In this document: positions 1 through 7,807 of the stretch, piece after piece
How the letters are laid out: every line of letters starts with the position of its first letter
Position numbering within the stretch: the first letter of the stretch is position 1
Origin: an archaeon
GTDB taxonomy: Archaea; Iainarchaeota; Iainarchaeia; Iainarchaeales; CSSED10-239
Direction: 5' to 3'
Assembly: GCA_035390665.1 (NCBI GenBank)
Contig: DAOOUC010000016.1
Coordinates: 1 to 13,007, forward strand
Length of the DNA stretch: 13,007 bases
The notes under the pieces: generated by a model
Databases searched by the model: none
What the model was told of the DNA's origin: nothing
What the model saw: only the letters and a program-made list of their open reading frames with translations
Made by a program: the position numbers and the translations under genes

Positions 1-1019
1 GCGAGATTTATAGTTCTCCAATAGCAATAACACAAAGTTTAACATTAAAAGCAAAAGCATTTTTATATGGTTGGTCGCCAAGTGAAATCGCGACATATAA
101 TTATCAAGTGATGGTTGTAGAAGATCCTATTTCAACTTTGGTTTCTGGTTATTATTATTATGGAACAACATTAGAGTTATATACTCCAACAGTTGGCGCA
201 AGTATAAGATATACAACAAACGATAGTGAACCAACAGAGTCAAGTACCTTGTATTCTGGCCCAATAGCAATAATAAATGATTTCACATTAAAAGCCAAAG
301 CTTTCAAACAAGGTTATGCCCCAAGTCAAGTTTCAACTTATGTTTATGATACAGGTGCAGCTCCAGAAAATTTAATTGTTGGTTTTATATTTCAAGGAAT
401 AGATAGTAATGCAACAATAGATAATGATCAAAATCTAGTAAGTATAAGAATACCATACGGTATTAATAAAAATGGTTTAATTCCAATAATTGAAGTAGAA
501 GAAGGTTGTAGTGTAAATCCAGAAAGTGGTATTTCTCAAAATTTTAATAATCTCGTAACCTACACAGTAAGTTCAATAACAGGTCAAAGAGTTTATACTG
601 TAATAGTTACAAACAATCCACGAGTATTTGCTCCAGTAGCTAGTGTTTCAGGAGGCAATTATACAGAGCCAATAACTGTGGAGTTAACAACTCAAACACC
701 AGGTGCAATAATTAAGTATACAACAAATGGTTCTTTTCCAACATTGTCTAGTAATACATATAATGGTCCAATAACAATCAATTCAACAACAACGCTAAAA
801 GCAAAAACCTATCTTTATGTTGGTCCAGGAATATCTTCTAATAATTCAAGAGAACAAAGTTCTAAAAATATTCCAAATATTATTCCTGCTCCTTTAATAT
901 GGGTGAGCAGTAGTTTGTTAACAGAAGAATATATCTTTCCAAGAAAAACACCAAGTAAAAATAAGTACGAAACAATAACAAAAGAAAAAATAAATATTTC
1001 TACAGAAAAATCATATTGA
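1..1019 (+). CDS. Cell-surface/secreted repeat protein, 5'-truncated at the window edge. Three chitobiase/beta-hexosaminidase-C-like (CHB_HEX_C / Fn3-associated type) repeats plus one Ig-like beta-sandwich module.
   Basis: The reading frame is open from nt 3. The translation EIYSSPIAITQSLTLKAKAFLYGWSPSEIATYNYQ precedes the GTG/ATG at 108-113 and is itself the tail of a repeat, so the true start lies upstream of the window. The pattern I(R/K)YTTN(D/G)S.PT.SS.Y.GPI.I....TLKAKA(F/Y)..G...S......Y occurs three times (nt 1-105 partial, ~147-347, ~651-815). nt 363-611 is a ~80-aa module also present in CDS 3434-4591. Confidence 0.75.
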   Translation, partial: EIYSSPIAITQSLTLKAKAFLYGWSPSEIATYNYQVMVVEDPISTLVSGYYYYGTTLELYTPTVGASIRYTTNDSEPTESSTLYSGPIAIINDFTLKAKAFKQGYAPSQVSTYVYDTGAAPENLIVGFIFQGIDSNATIDNDQNLVSIRIPYGINKNGLIPIIEVEEGCSVNPESGISQNFNNLVTYTVSSITGQRVYTVIVTNNPRVFAPVASVSGGNYTEPITVELTTQTPGAIIKYTTNGSFPTLSSNTYNGPITINSTTTLKAKTYLYVGPGISSNNSREQSSKNIPNIIPAPLIWVSSSLLTEEYIFPRKTPSKNKYETITKEKINISTEKSY

Positions 1020-1077
1020 TTGTTTCTATTTATATTTATTTCTTTGCCTTAAATATATTATTAAAAAGTGAATAATT

Positions 1078-2013
1078 ATGAAATATACTAAAGATTTATT
1101 ATGGACAAAAGGAATGAGCGTTTCTGAACTTGTAGATGGTTATTCCTCTACAGGTTTTCAATCAGCAGAAGTTTCAAGAGCAGCAAACCTTATTGAAAAA
1201 ATGAAAAAAGAAGGAGCAAAGGTATATCTTTCGTTTACTTCTAATATGGTAACTTCTGGGTTACGTGGTTTCTTTGCACAAGTTTTAAAGCTAAAGATGG
1301 CAGATGTTGTGTGTACAACAGTTGGTGCAGTTGAAGAAGATATAATGAAAGCTACTGGCGAGAAGTTTATTCTTTCATCCTTTAAAGCAGACGATCAAGA
1401 GCTTTATGAAAGAGGAGAGAATAGAGTTGGTAATATTTTAATCACTAACGAAAGCTATGCTAAACTTGAAGGAAATATGCAAGGATATCTTCTTGAACTT
1501 TACAAGAAAAAAAAAGTGTGGGCAACTTGTGAACTTTTAAAAGAAATAGGATTAAAACTAAATGATGAAAACTCTTTTCTTTATCAAGCAGCAAAGAACA
1601 ATATTCCAGTTTTTTGTCCTGCAATAACAGATGGTTCTTTTGGTTTCCATCTTTATCTTTTTCAACAAGATCATAAGGATTTTATGATAGATATTATTTC
1701 TGACTTTAAACAAATAATTTTTTCTACAACACATGATGAAAAGAAAGGAATAATTGCTCTTGGTGGTGGAGTTTCTAAGCACCATGTTATTTTAACAACA
1801 CTAATCAATGGCGGAGCAGACTATGCTCTTTACATGACAACAGCATCATCAAGATCAGGTTCTCTTTCAGGAGCAACAACAGACGAAGCAAAATCCTGGG
1901 GTAAGATTAAAGACGAAGCAGATGCTGTTACTGTTGTTGGAGATGTAACGATTACTTTTCCTCTAGCAATGATAAAAGCTTTGGAAAACTTAAGTAAAGA
2001 AGGAATAATATAA
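1078..2013 (+). CDS. dys: Deoxyhypusine synthase
   Basis: 311 aa. Contains the GGGVSKHH loop and DEAKSWGKIK with the conserved catalytic Lys (K276, nt 1903-1905), as in deoxyhypusine synthases. A TATA-like TTAAATATATTA lies at 1049-1060, 18 nt before the ATG. Confidence 0.9.
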   Translation: MKYTKDLLWTKGMSVSELVDGYSSTGFQSAEVSRAANLIEKMKKEGAKVYLSFTSNMVTSGLRGFFAQVLKLKMADVVCTTVGAVEEDIMKATGEKFILSSFKADDQELYERGENRVGNILITNESYAKLEGNMQGYLLELYKKKKVWATCELLKEIGLKLNDENSFLYQAAKNNIPVFCPAITDGSFGFHLYLFQQDHKDFMIDIISDFKQIIFSTTHDEKKGIIALGGGVSKHHVILTTLINGGADYALYMTTASSRSGSLSGATTDEAKSWGKIKDEADAVTVVGDVTITFPLAMIKALENLSKEGII

Positions 2014-2744
2014 TGGCTTTAAGATTATTTAAAAGAAGAATAGAAAAGAAAGAGTCTTCTAAACCTAAATCAAAACCAAAACCTAAGCAATCAAAGGTAT
2101 CCTCAAAACCAAGACAAGAAAACTTTCATAAAAGATACAAAGCTTTTTGTAGAAGACTTTTAAAAAACAAGATAGAAATTATTGGAAGAAACATAATTGA
2201 AGAAGAATCAAGTAAAGGTCCAATAATGATAATGAGTACACACAAACATCCTATAGAAACTTTAGTATATGATGCAATTGCTCCTAAAAAAGTATTCTTT
2301 TTGTCAGATATTGGGCAAGTTATTTCTTCTAATAAATATCTTAGATTTCAAGGTATTCCAGGAGTCAATAACATATTAAACTTATTTGGAACAATAGAAA
2401 TAAATAGAAAACAACCAGTAAAAGGATTAAGAAAAGCAATAGAAAAAAGTACAGATATATTAAAACAAGATGGGGTTCTTTGTATTTTTCCTAAAGGATA
2501 TAGAGGTGGATCAGAAGCACTAGATAGAAGTTTGGCAGAAAGCACAAGTAGAAGTAGTGGTATATATATTCTTCAAAAAGCAGAAGCTGAGATGAAAAGA
2601 AAGATTCCAATTATTTTTTCTAAAGTAGAGTATGATAAAACAACTAAAAAATATGTAGTAAAAATGGAAAAAGGATATCTTCCAGAAAATGCAGACAGAA
2701 AAAAATTAGCTCTAGAATATATAGATAGAATAGAAAGGTTATAA
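2013..2744 (+). CDS. Lysophospholipid/glycerol-3-phosphate acyltransferase family (PlsC/AGPAT-like) protein with a K/S/P-rich N-terminal tail
   Basis: The acyltransferase blocks are recognisable: STHKHPIE (block I, H-x4-acid with E instead of D), GTIEINR (block II), FPKGYRGG (block III, cf. FPEGTR) and IPIIFSKV (block IV). Residues ~10-35 are low complexity (KKESSKPKSKPKPKQSKVSSKPRQ). The ATG overlaps the dys stop (TAATG, nt 2011-2015). Confidence 0.7.
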   Translation: MALRLFKRRIEKKESSKPKSKPKPKQSKVSSKPRQENFHKRYKAFCRRLLKNKIEIIGRNIIEEESSKGPIMIMSTHKHPIETLVYDAIAPKKVFFLSDIGQVISSNKYLRFQGIPGVNNILNLFGTIEINRKQPVKGLRKAIEKSTDILKQDGVLCIFPKGYRGGSEALDRSLAESTSRSSGIYILQKAEAEMKRKIPIIFSKVEYDKTTKKYVVKMEKGYLPENADRKKLALEYIDRIERL

Positions 2745-2820
2745 AAATTTTATTAGCAGAATTATGAAAAGTTAAAGAAATAAATCTAAGATAAATTAAA
2801 GAAAGAAAAAGAGAAATAAA

Positions 2821-3360
2821 ATGAAAAATAATTTAGAAATTGAAATAAAAGTTCTTGAAATTAATAAGAAAGAACTAGAGAAAAAACTTCAAAAGATTGG
2901 TGCCCAAAAGATTTTTTCAAATAAAAAGATTATTCAAGAAAATTATAATAATAAAGATTTAAAAAAAAGAAAAACGAGTCTGAGAATAAGACAACTTGAT
3001 AAAGAGATTTATGTAACTTATAAAGAATTTAAAGACACAAAACATAATGTAAAGAATTGTAAAGAAATTGAATTTCAAGTATCTTCTGATTTTAGAACAA
3101 TTCAAAATTTGTTTAAATTACTGGGATTAACTTGTTATCAAAAAATTGAAAAACAAAGAACTAGTTATACTCTTGGAAACATAACTTTTGATATAGATAC
3201 GATTACTAAGCCAGTTAAGATTCCAACATATTTTGAAATTGAGGCAAAAGACCATAAAACTATAGAAAAAACACTTCAATTGTTGGGCATTCCAAAGGGA
3301 AAAGTAAAGGCTTGGGGGACGAAACAATTATTAGATTATTATAAAAAGTTAAATTTATAG
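2821..3360 (+). CDS. CYTH-domain protein (triphosphate tunnel metalloenzyme; CyaB-type class IV adenylate cyclase / triphosphatase family)
   Basis: 179 aa. Has the N-terminal EIEIK (ExExK signature), SLRIR basic pair, KQRTSY, ITFDID and YFEIE acidic motifs in the order typical of CYTH/CyaB-ThTPase proteins. Confidence 0.8.
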   Translation: MKNNLEIEIKVLEINKKELEKKLQKIGAQKIFSNKKIIQENYNNKDLKKRKTSLRIRQLDKEIYVTYKEFKDTKHNVKNCKEIEFQVSSDFRTIQNLFKLLGLTCYQKIEKQRTSYTLGNITFDIDTITKPVKIPTYFEIEAKDHKTIEKTLQLLGIPKGKVKAWGTKQLLDYYKKLNL

Positions 3361-3374
3361 TCTTAAAAAAACAA

Positions 3375-3385
3375 ACATATATAAA
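3375..3385 (+). promoter_or_regulatory. Archaeal TATA-box promoter element (ACATATATAAA), copy 1
   Basis: Exact 11-mer. Its last base lies 49 nt before ATG 3434. Confidence 0.5.
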
Positions 3386-3433
3386 CATTTAATTTACTAA
3401 TAATATTAATTAAATTCATCTTGGGGAATATTA

Positions 3434-4591
3434 ATGAATATTAAAAAAAAAGCCCTTTCGCCAATAGTTGCAACAATTCTTCTAGTTGTTGTTTCTGTAA
3501 TTCTTGTTTCAATTATTCTGTCTTTTGGAAAAAGTTTTACAAATCAGGGACTAGATAAGACAAAAGACATAAAAGAATTATCTCAATCAGATGCAGAACA
3601 CTTTGTTTATCCTAAGACTTTTTCTGAAGGTGTAGTTCAATTTAATTATTCTCCCCCAAACAATAGTTTTGGAGAAGTTCAAATAACTAAATATAAAATA
3701 TTATATGATAATAATGAAACAGAAGAAATTGAATTAACTACTCCGTACACCTTAAGCACAGGAACAAATCTTTTAAATCTTGAAGATTTTTCTGATCAAA
3801 ATATACCAACAAAAAAATTTGCTCTAGTTCTAGAAACAGAAGAAAATGAATATATTACATTAAAAAACATTACCAATCCTGAACCATATGTTGAAGAATT
3901 ATCTACTGAAAAATTAATCACTTCATTTATTATTTCAGAAATTTCAGGAACAATTAATAATGATAATAATACAATTTCTTTATCAGTACCATATGGAACA
4001 AATGTAACTGCACTTACGCCAACAATAATAATTTCAGATGAAACAACCATAAGTCCAGAATCAGGAATTGCTCAAGATTTTACAAATCCCGTAATTTATA
4101 CAGTAACAGCAGAAGATCAAAGTACTAGAGTTTACACAGTTACAATAATTGTAGAAGAATTAGGTCTGCTTTATCTTTATAATGAAGGGACTGGAGAAGA
4201 TGATTGGCAAGATATGTCTGGGGGTAGTAGTACTAATACAAAAGAAACAGATCATCTAAAAATATATGGATCTGATATGGCTTGGGGTGGTTTTGTTACT
4301 GTTAATAAAATTGATTTGACAGATTATAATACTTTAAATATAGATTGGGAAGGAACAATTACATTATTTCCTGCTGTTGGTAATTATTTTGGATTAGGTA
4401 ATGCCCAAGACACAACAATAGAGATGGGGGAAGGTTATGATTATAATCAAATGTCATCTCAATTTAGTAGACAAATAAGTGTATTAGATATAAGCAATAA
4501 TAATGGTGAATTTTATATAAAAGTATTACAAGCATGGTATGATTTTGGAGGAACCGCAACTACAAAGATATATAAAATCTGGTTAGAATAA
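3434..4591 (+). CDS. Archaeal type IV pilin-like (class III signal peptide) surface protein with an Ig-like module and an uncharacterised C-terminal beta-rich domain
   Basis: The N-terminus MNIKKKA/LSPIVATILLVVVSVILVSIIL matches the archaeal prepilin (Pilin_N/DUF1628-type) signal: a basic stretch, small residue, LSPI(V/I)AT, then a hydrophobic helix. nt 3905-4153 encode the module shared with CDS 1-1019. GGGG/GGAA Shine-Dalgarno-like sequence at 3423-3428. ACATATATAAA box at 3375-3385. Confidence 0.8.
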   Translation: MNIKKKALSPIVATILLVVVSVILVSIILSFGKSFTNQGLDKTKDIKELSQSDAEHFVYPKTFSEGVVQFNYSPPNNSFGEVQITKYKILYDNNETEEIELTTPYTLSTGTNLLNLEDFSDQNIPTKKFALVLETEENEYITLKNITNPEPYVEELSTEKLITSFIISEISGTINNDNNTISLSVPYGTNVTALTPTIIISDETTISPESGIAQDFTNPVIYTVTAEDQSTRVYTVTIIVEELGLLYLYNEGTGEDDWQDMSGGSSTNTKETDHLKIYGSDMAWGGFVTVNKIDLTDYNTLNIDWEGTITLFPAVGNYFGLGNAQDTTIEMGEGYDYNQMSSQFSRQISVLDISNNNGEFYIKVLQAWYDFGGTATTKIYKIWLE

Positions 4592-4592
4592 T

Positions 4593-6527
4593 TTAGTTTT
4601 CTCTTTTCTTTAGTTCTTTTATTTTATCTCTAAGCTTTATTGCTGTTTCAAAGTCAAGAGAATCTGATGCTTCGACCATTTGCTTTTCTAGTTCAATTAC
4701 TAGATTTGGTATCTCTGGCTTAGGGATATGCATTATGTCTTTAATCTCATCTATTTCTTTTTCTCTTATTGGTTTAATAATTGTTTTTGGAGTAATTCCA
4801 TATTGCATATTATATTCTAATTGAATCTTTCTTCTTCTTTCTGTTTCTTTAACTGCTCCTTTAATAGATTCAGTCATCTTGTCTGCATAGAGATGAACAT
4901 AAGATTCAGAGTTTCTTGCAGCTCTTCCAATAATTTGTATTAGACTTCTTTGATCTCTTAAGAAACCTTCTTTATCTCCATCAAGTATTCCAATAAAACT
5001 AACTTCTGGAATATCTATTCCTTCTCTTAAAAGATTAATACCGACTAGAACATCAAATTTACCAAGACGAAGCTCTCTAATGATTTCTGTTCTTTCAAGT
5101 GTGTTAATTTCAGAATGAAGATATCTTGTTTTAATTCCTTGACGAGAAAGATAATCTGCTAGTTCTTCTGCAAGTTTTTTTGTAAGAGCAGTAACTAAAC
5201 ATCTATTACCTTTAGCTATTGTTTTTCTAATATTAAATGTTAAATCTTCAATTTGGTTTTTAGAAGGTTTGATAAAGACTGGGGGATCAACTAAACCTGT
5301 TGGTCTAATAATCTGCTCAACTACTTGAGAAGATAACTTTGTTTCAAAGTCACTAGGAGTAGCAGACACAAAAATAACAGTGTCCATAAATGTTTCAAAC
5401 TCTTTAAACTTTAAAGGTCTGTTATCATAAGCAGAAGGAAGTCTAAAACCATACTCAACTAATGTTTTCTTTCTTGAATAATCTCCAGCATACATTCCAT
5501 GTAGTTGTGGTATTGTTTGATGACTTTCATCAATTACTAATAAGAAATCATCAGGGAAATAATCTAAAAGACAGAAAGGCCTTTCCCCTGGTTCTCTTTT
5601 ATCAAAATGTCTAGAGTAGTTTTCTATGCCATTACAATAACCTGTTTCTTCAATCATCTCTAAATCATATAATGTTCTTTGCTTTAATCTATGTCTTTCA
5701 AGTTCTTGTAATTCAGGAAGTCTATCTTCTAGTTCTTCTCTAATTGAATTAATTGCATCTTTTATAGAATCTTTTGAAACAACAAACTGTTTAGCAGGAT
5801 GTATAAAAAATTTATCCATATCATTTATTTTTATATTTGTGATTTTATCCATTTCTGTGATTCTGTCAATTGTTTCTCCAAATAATTCTATTCTTATGAA
5901 ATTTTGAGTATATCCTGGAGAGATATCAATAACATCTCCTTTTACTCTAAATCTTCCTGGTTCTAATTCTATATCATTTCTTTCAAATTGAAGATCAATT
6001 AATTGTCTTAAAAGTTCTGTTCTTTTTAGTTTTTGGTTTTTCTCTATTAAAAATCCTTTTTCTCTAAAAGTTTTTGGGTTACCAAGGCCATAGATACAAG
6101 AAACAGAAGCAACAACAATAACATCTTCTCTTGAGACTAGAGAAGTTGTTGCAGAAAGTCTCATCTGTTCAATCTTGTCATTTATTTTTGTGTTCTTTTC
6201 AATGTAAAGATCTTTCTGTGGAATGTAACTTTCAGGTTGATAATAATCATAATAAGAAACAAAATATTCTACTTTATTTTCAGGAAAGAAATCCTTTAAT
6301 TCGTTGTAAAGTTGTGCTGCTAAAGTCTTGTTATGGGCAAGCACCAAGGTTGGGCGATTGTAACTTGCAATAACATTTGCTATAGTAAAGCTTTTCCCTG
6401 AACCAGTAACACCAAGAAGAGTTTGAATCTTCTTGCCTCTTTTAGAAAGACCTGCTGATAGCTGCTTAATTGCATGAGGCTGATCCCCGTCTGGAGAAAA
6501 AGGAGCAACTAGCTTAAATTTGTTCAT
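4593..6527 (-). CDS. uvrB: Excinuclease ABC subunit B (UvrB)
   Basis: 644 aa. Walker A GVTGSGKSFT, DESH box (VIDESHQTIPQ), helicase C motifs (REGIDIPEV, QIIGRAARN) and a C-terminal UVR motif (DFETAIKLRDKIKELK). Collinear with UvrB along its full length. Confidence 0.95.
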   Translation of the reverse strand: MNKFKLVAPFSPDGDQPHAIKQLSAGLSKRGKKIQTLLGVTGSGKSFTIANVIASYNRPTLVLAHNKTLAAQLYNELKDFFPENKVEYFVSYYDYYQPESYIPQKDLYIEKNTKINDKIEQMRLSATTSLVSREDVIVVASVSCIYGLGNPKTFREKGFLIEKNQKLKRTELLRQLIDLQFERNDIELEPGRFRVKGDVIDISPGYTQNFIRIELFGETIDRITEMDKITNIKINDMDKFFIHPAKQFVVSKDSIKDAINSIREELEDRLPELQELERHRLKQRTLYDLEMIEETGYCNGIENYSRHFDKREPGERPFCLLDYFPDDFLLVIDESHQTIPQLHGMYAGDYSRKKTLVEYGFRLPSAYDNRPLKFKEFETFMDTVIFVSATPSDFETKLSSQVVEQIIRPTGLVDPPVFIKPSKNQIEDLTFNIRKTIAKGNRCLVTALTKKLAEELADYLSRQGIKTRYLHSEINTLERTEIIRELRLGKFDVLVGINLLREGIDIPEVSFIGILDGDKEGFLRDQRSLIQIIGRAARNSESYVHLYADKMTESIKGAVKETERRRKIQLEYNMQYGITPKTIIKPIREKEIDEIKDIMHIPKPEIPNLVIELEKQMVEASDSLDFETAIKLRDKIKELKKREN

Positions 6528-6685
6528 AAAATATATAATTAAGTATAGTAATGTATTTTAATATATTTAAAAAAAAGATATACAAAAAGCATGAAATTTT
6601 GTAAAATTGAAAAAATCAGCACAATTTTTAACACAATTCCAAAAAATATAAAAGACAGATTTAAATAGGTGTGAATATATAATTT

Positions 6686-6697
6686 ACATATATTTTT
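6686..6697 (+). promoter_or_regulatory. TATA-like element upstream of hicB (ACATATATTTTT)
   Basis: Shares ACATATAT with the three exact boxes. Ends 26 nt before ATG 6723. Confidence 0.35.
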
Positions 6698-6722
6698 AAT
6701 GATTTACTAGTTTAATTACTAT

Positions 6723-6947
6723 ATGAAGGGCAAAAAAATGTTAACTACATATAATATAATTATTGAGAAAGACAAAGAGGGGTGGTATATTGGTGAGGTA
6801 TTAGAATTACCTGGTTGTTATTCTCAAGCAAAAAGTATGGATGAACTAGTTAAGAGAACAAAAGAAGCAATTAAATGTCATTTACTTGAATCTAAAATAG
6901 AAATCCCATTATCTAATTTTGTAGGAATACAGCAATTAAAGGTGTAA
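6723..6947 (+). CDS. hicB: HicB-family antitoxin (UPF0150-type, single domain)
   Basis: YNIIIEKDKEGWYIGEVLELPGCYSQAKSMDELVKRTKEAI is the classic HicB/UPF0150 N-terminal fold signature. Alternative start at ATG 6738. Sits directly upstream of hicA (6-nt gap). Confidence 0.8.
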   Translation: MKGKKMLTTYNIIIEKDKEGWYIGEVLELPGCYSQAKSMDELVKRTKEAIKCHLLESKIEIPLSNFVGIQQLKV

Positions 6948-6953
6948 ACCCTT

Positions 6954-7187
6954 TTGAAAGAATTACCTTTGTTAACAGGAAAGAAATTAGGGAAGGTAAT
7001 TGTTAAACTAGATTATAAGTATGATCACACTTGTGGAAGTCATATGACCTTTACTAATTTTAAAGAAAACAAGAAGATAACAATTCCAAATCATGGTTCA
7101 GAACCAATAAGACCAGGTCTTCTTCTAAAGATAATAAAGAAAGATCTAGGTATAACAAAAGAAGAATTTTTAGAATTGTTAAAATAG
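6954..7187 (+). CDS. hicA: HicA-family mRNA interferase toxin
   Basis: 77 aa. The pattern LTGKKLGKVIVKLDY...CGSHMTF...ITIPNHGSEPIRPGLLLKIIKKDLGITKEEF matches the HicA/YcfA dsRBD-like family, including the conserved GSH His. TTG start. Confidence 0.8.
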   Translation: MKELPLLTGKKLGKVIVKLDYKYDHTCGSHMTFTNFKENKKITIPNHGSEPIRPGLLLKIIKKDLGITKEEFLELLK

Positions 7188-7288
7188 TAAGATTTAAGAG
7201 TTTTATATTATAAATTTATAATTTTTATTTTGTATATAACTCTTTTTAAAGTTAATTTCAGTTTTTGTAAGAAATAAAAAAATGAATT

Positions 7289-7780
7289 TTAATTTAAAAT
7301 AACAATCCAAAGGTTAAGTATTGTTGCAAAGCATAACCATAGAAGATATGGCATAAGAAGATATGCGGACTTTTCGTGTAGTTCATAGAATTTAATAATT
7401 GTTATTGCAACTAAGCCTACAAGAATAAAAATACAAAACAATCCAAATATTGGTGATTGTAGTCCAAAGAAAAGATATGACCAAAGGACATTAAAAAATA
7501 ATTGTAATCCAAAAAGAGCTAATGCTGTTTTCTTTTTCTCAGGATCTTTTCTATATTTCTGTGGCTGTGACCAAACCATAAATAAAGAAATTCCCATTAA
7601 GATGTAAAGTATTGTCCAAGCTATTGGAAAAACTATTCCTGGTGGAGTAATTGGTGGTTTGGTAATGGTCTGATACCAAGACCCTGGACCTGTTATTGTT
7701 ACTAAAGATCCTAAAAAACCTGCTCCTAGGCAAAAAACCATTGATAAAATAAACTTTATATAATCTTTCATAAATATCAC
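7289..7780 (-). CDS. tspO: TspO/MBR (tryptophan-rich sensory protein / translocator protein) family membrane protein
   Basis: 163 aa, five hydrophobic helices. Motifs WYQTITKPPITPPGIVFPIAWTILYILMG, FFNVLWSYLFF and LLMPYLLWLCFATILN are typical of TspO. Start could be M1 (7780) or M4 (7771). Confidence 0.88.
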   Translation of the reverse strand: MIFMKDYIKFILSMVFCLGAGFLGSLVTITGPGSWYQTITKPPITPPGIVFPIAWTILYILMGISLFMVWSQPQKYRKDPEKKKTALALFGLQLFFNVLWSYLFFGLQSPIFGLFCIFILVGLVAITIIKFYELHEKSAYLLMPYLLWLCFATILNLWIVILN

Positions 7781-7807
7781 TAATATGTATTTCTTGTATC
7801 AAAAGCA

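Noticed and set aside
819-899. Apparent 27-aa insertion (VGPGISSNNSREQSSKNIPNIIPAPLI) splitting the tail of the third CHB_HEX_C-like repeat
   Set aside because: I see no flanking direct or inverted repeats or mobile-element signature at the DNA level. It is most simply a lineage-specific loop or linker, and the repeat consensus from three copies is too weak to say more.
1558-1785. 75-aa minus-strand ORF inside dys
   Set aside because: Lies entirely antisense to a strongly supported gene. It is a low-complexity, I/K/L/C-rich translation typical of shadow ORFs in AT-rich DNA.
2348-2545. 65-aa minus-strand ORF inside the acyltransferase gene
   Set aside because: Antisense shadow ORF with no motif and no promoter context.
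3127-3327. 66-aa minus-strand ORF inside the CYTH gene
   Set aside because: Antisense shadow ORF. The CYTH frame carries all the family motifs.
3796-4050. 84-aa minus-strand ORF inside the pilin-like gene
   Set aside because: Antisense shadow ORF. The plus frame is supported by the shared Ig-like module.
6131-6373. 80-aa plus-strand ORF inside uvrB
   Set aside because: Antisense to a full-length UvrB, with no independent support.
6591-6668. 25-aa mini-ORF (MKFCKIEKISTIFNTIPKNIKDRFK) in the uvrB/hicB intergenic region
   Set aside because: It is too short, has no Shine-Dalgarno sequence or recognisable motif, and sits in promoter DNA. It cannot be distinguished from chance.
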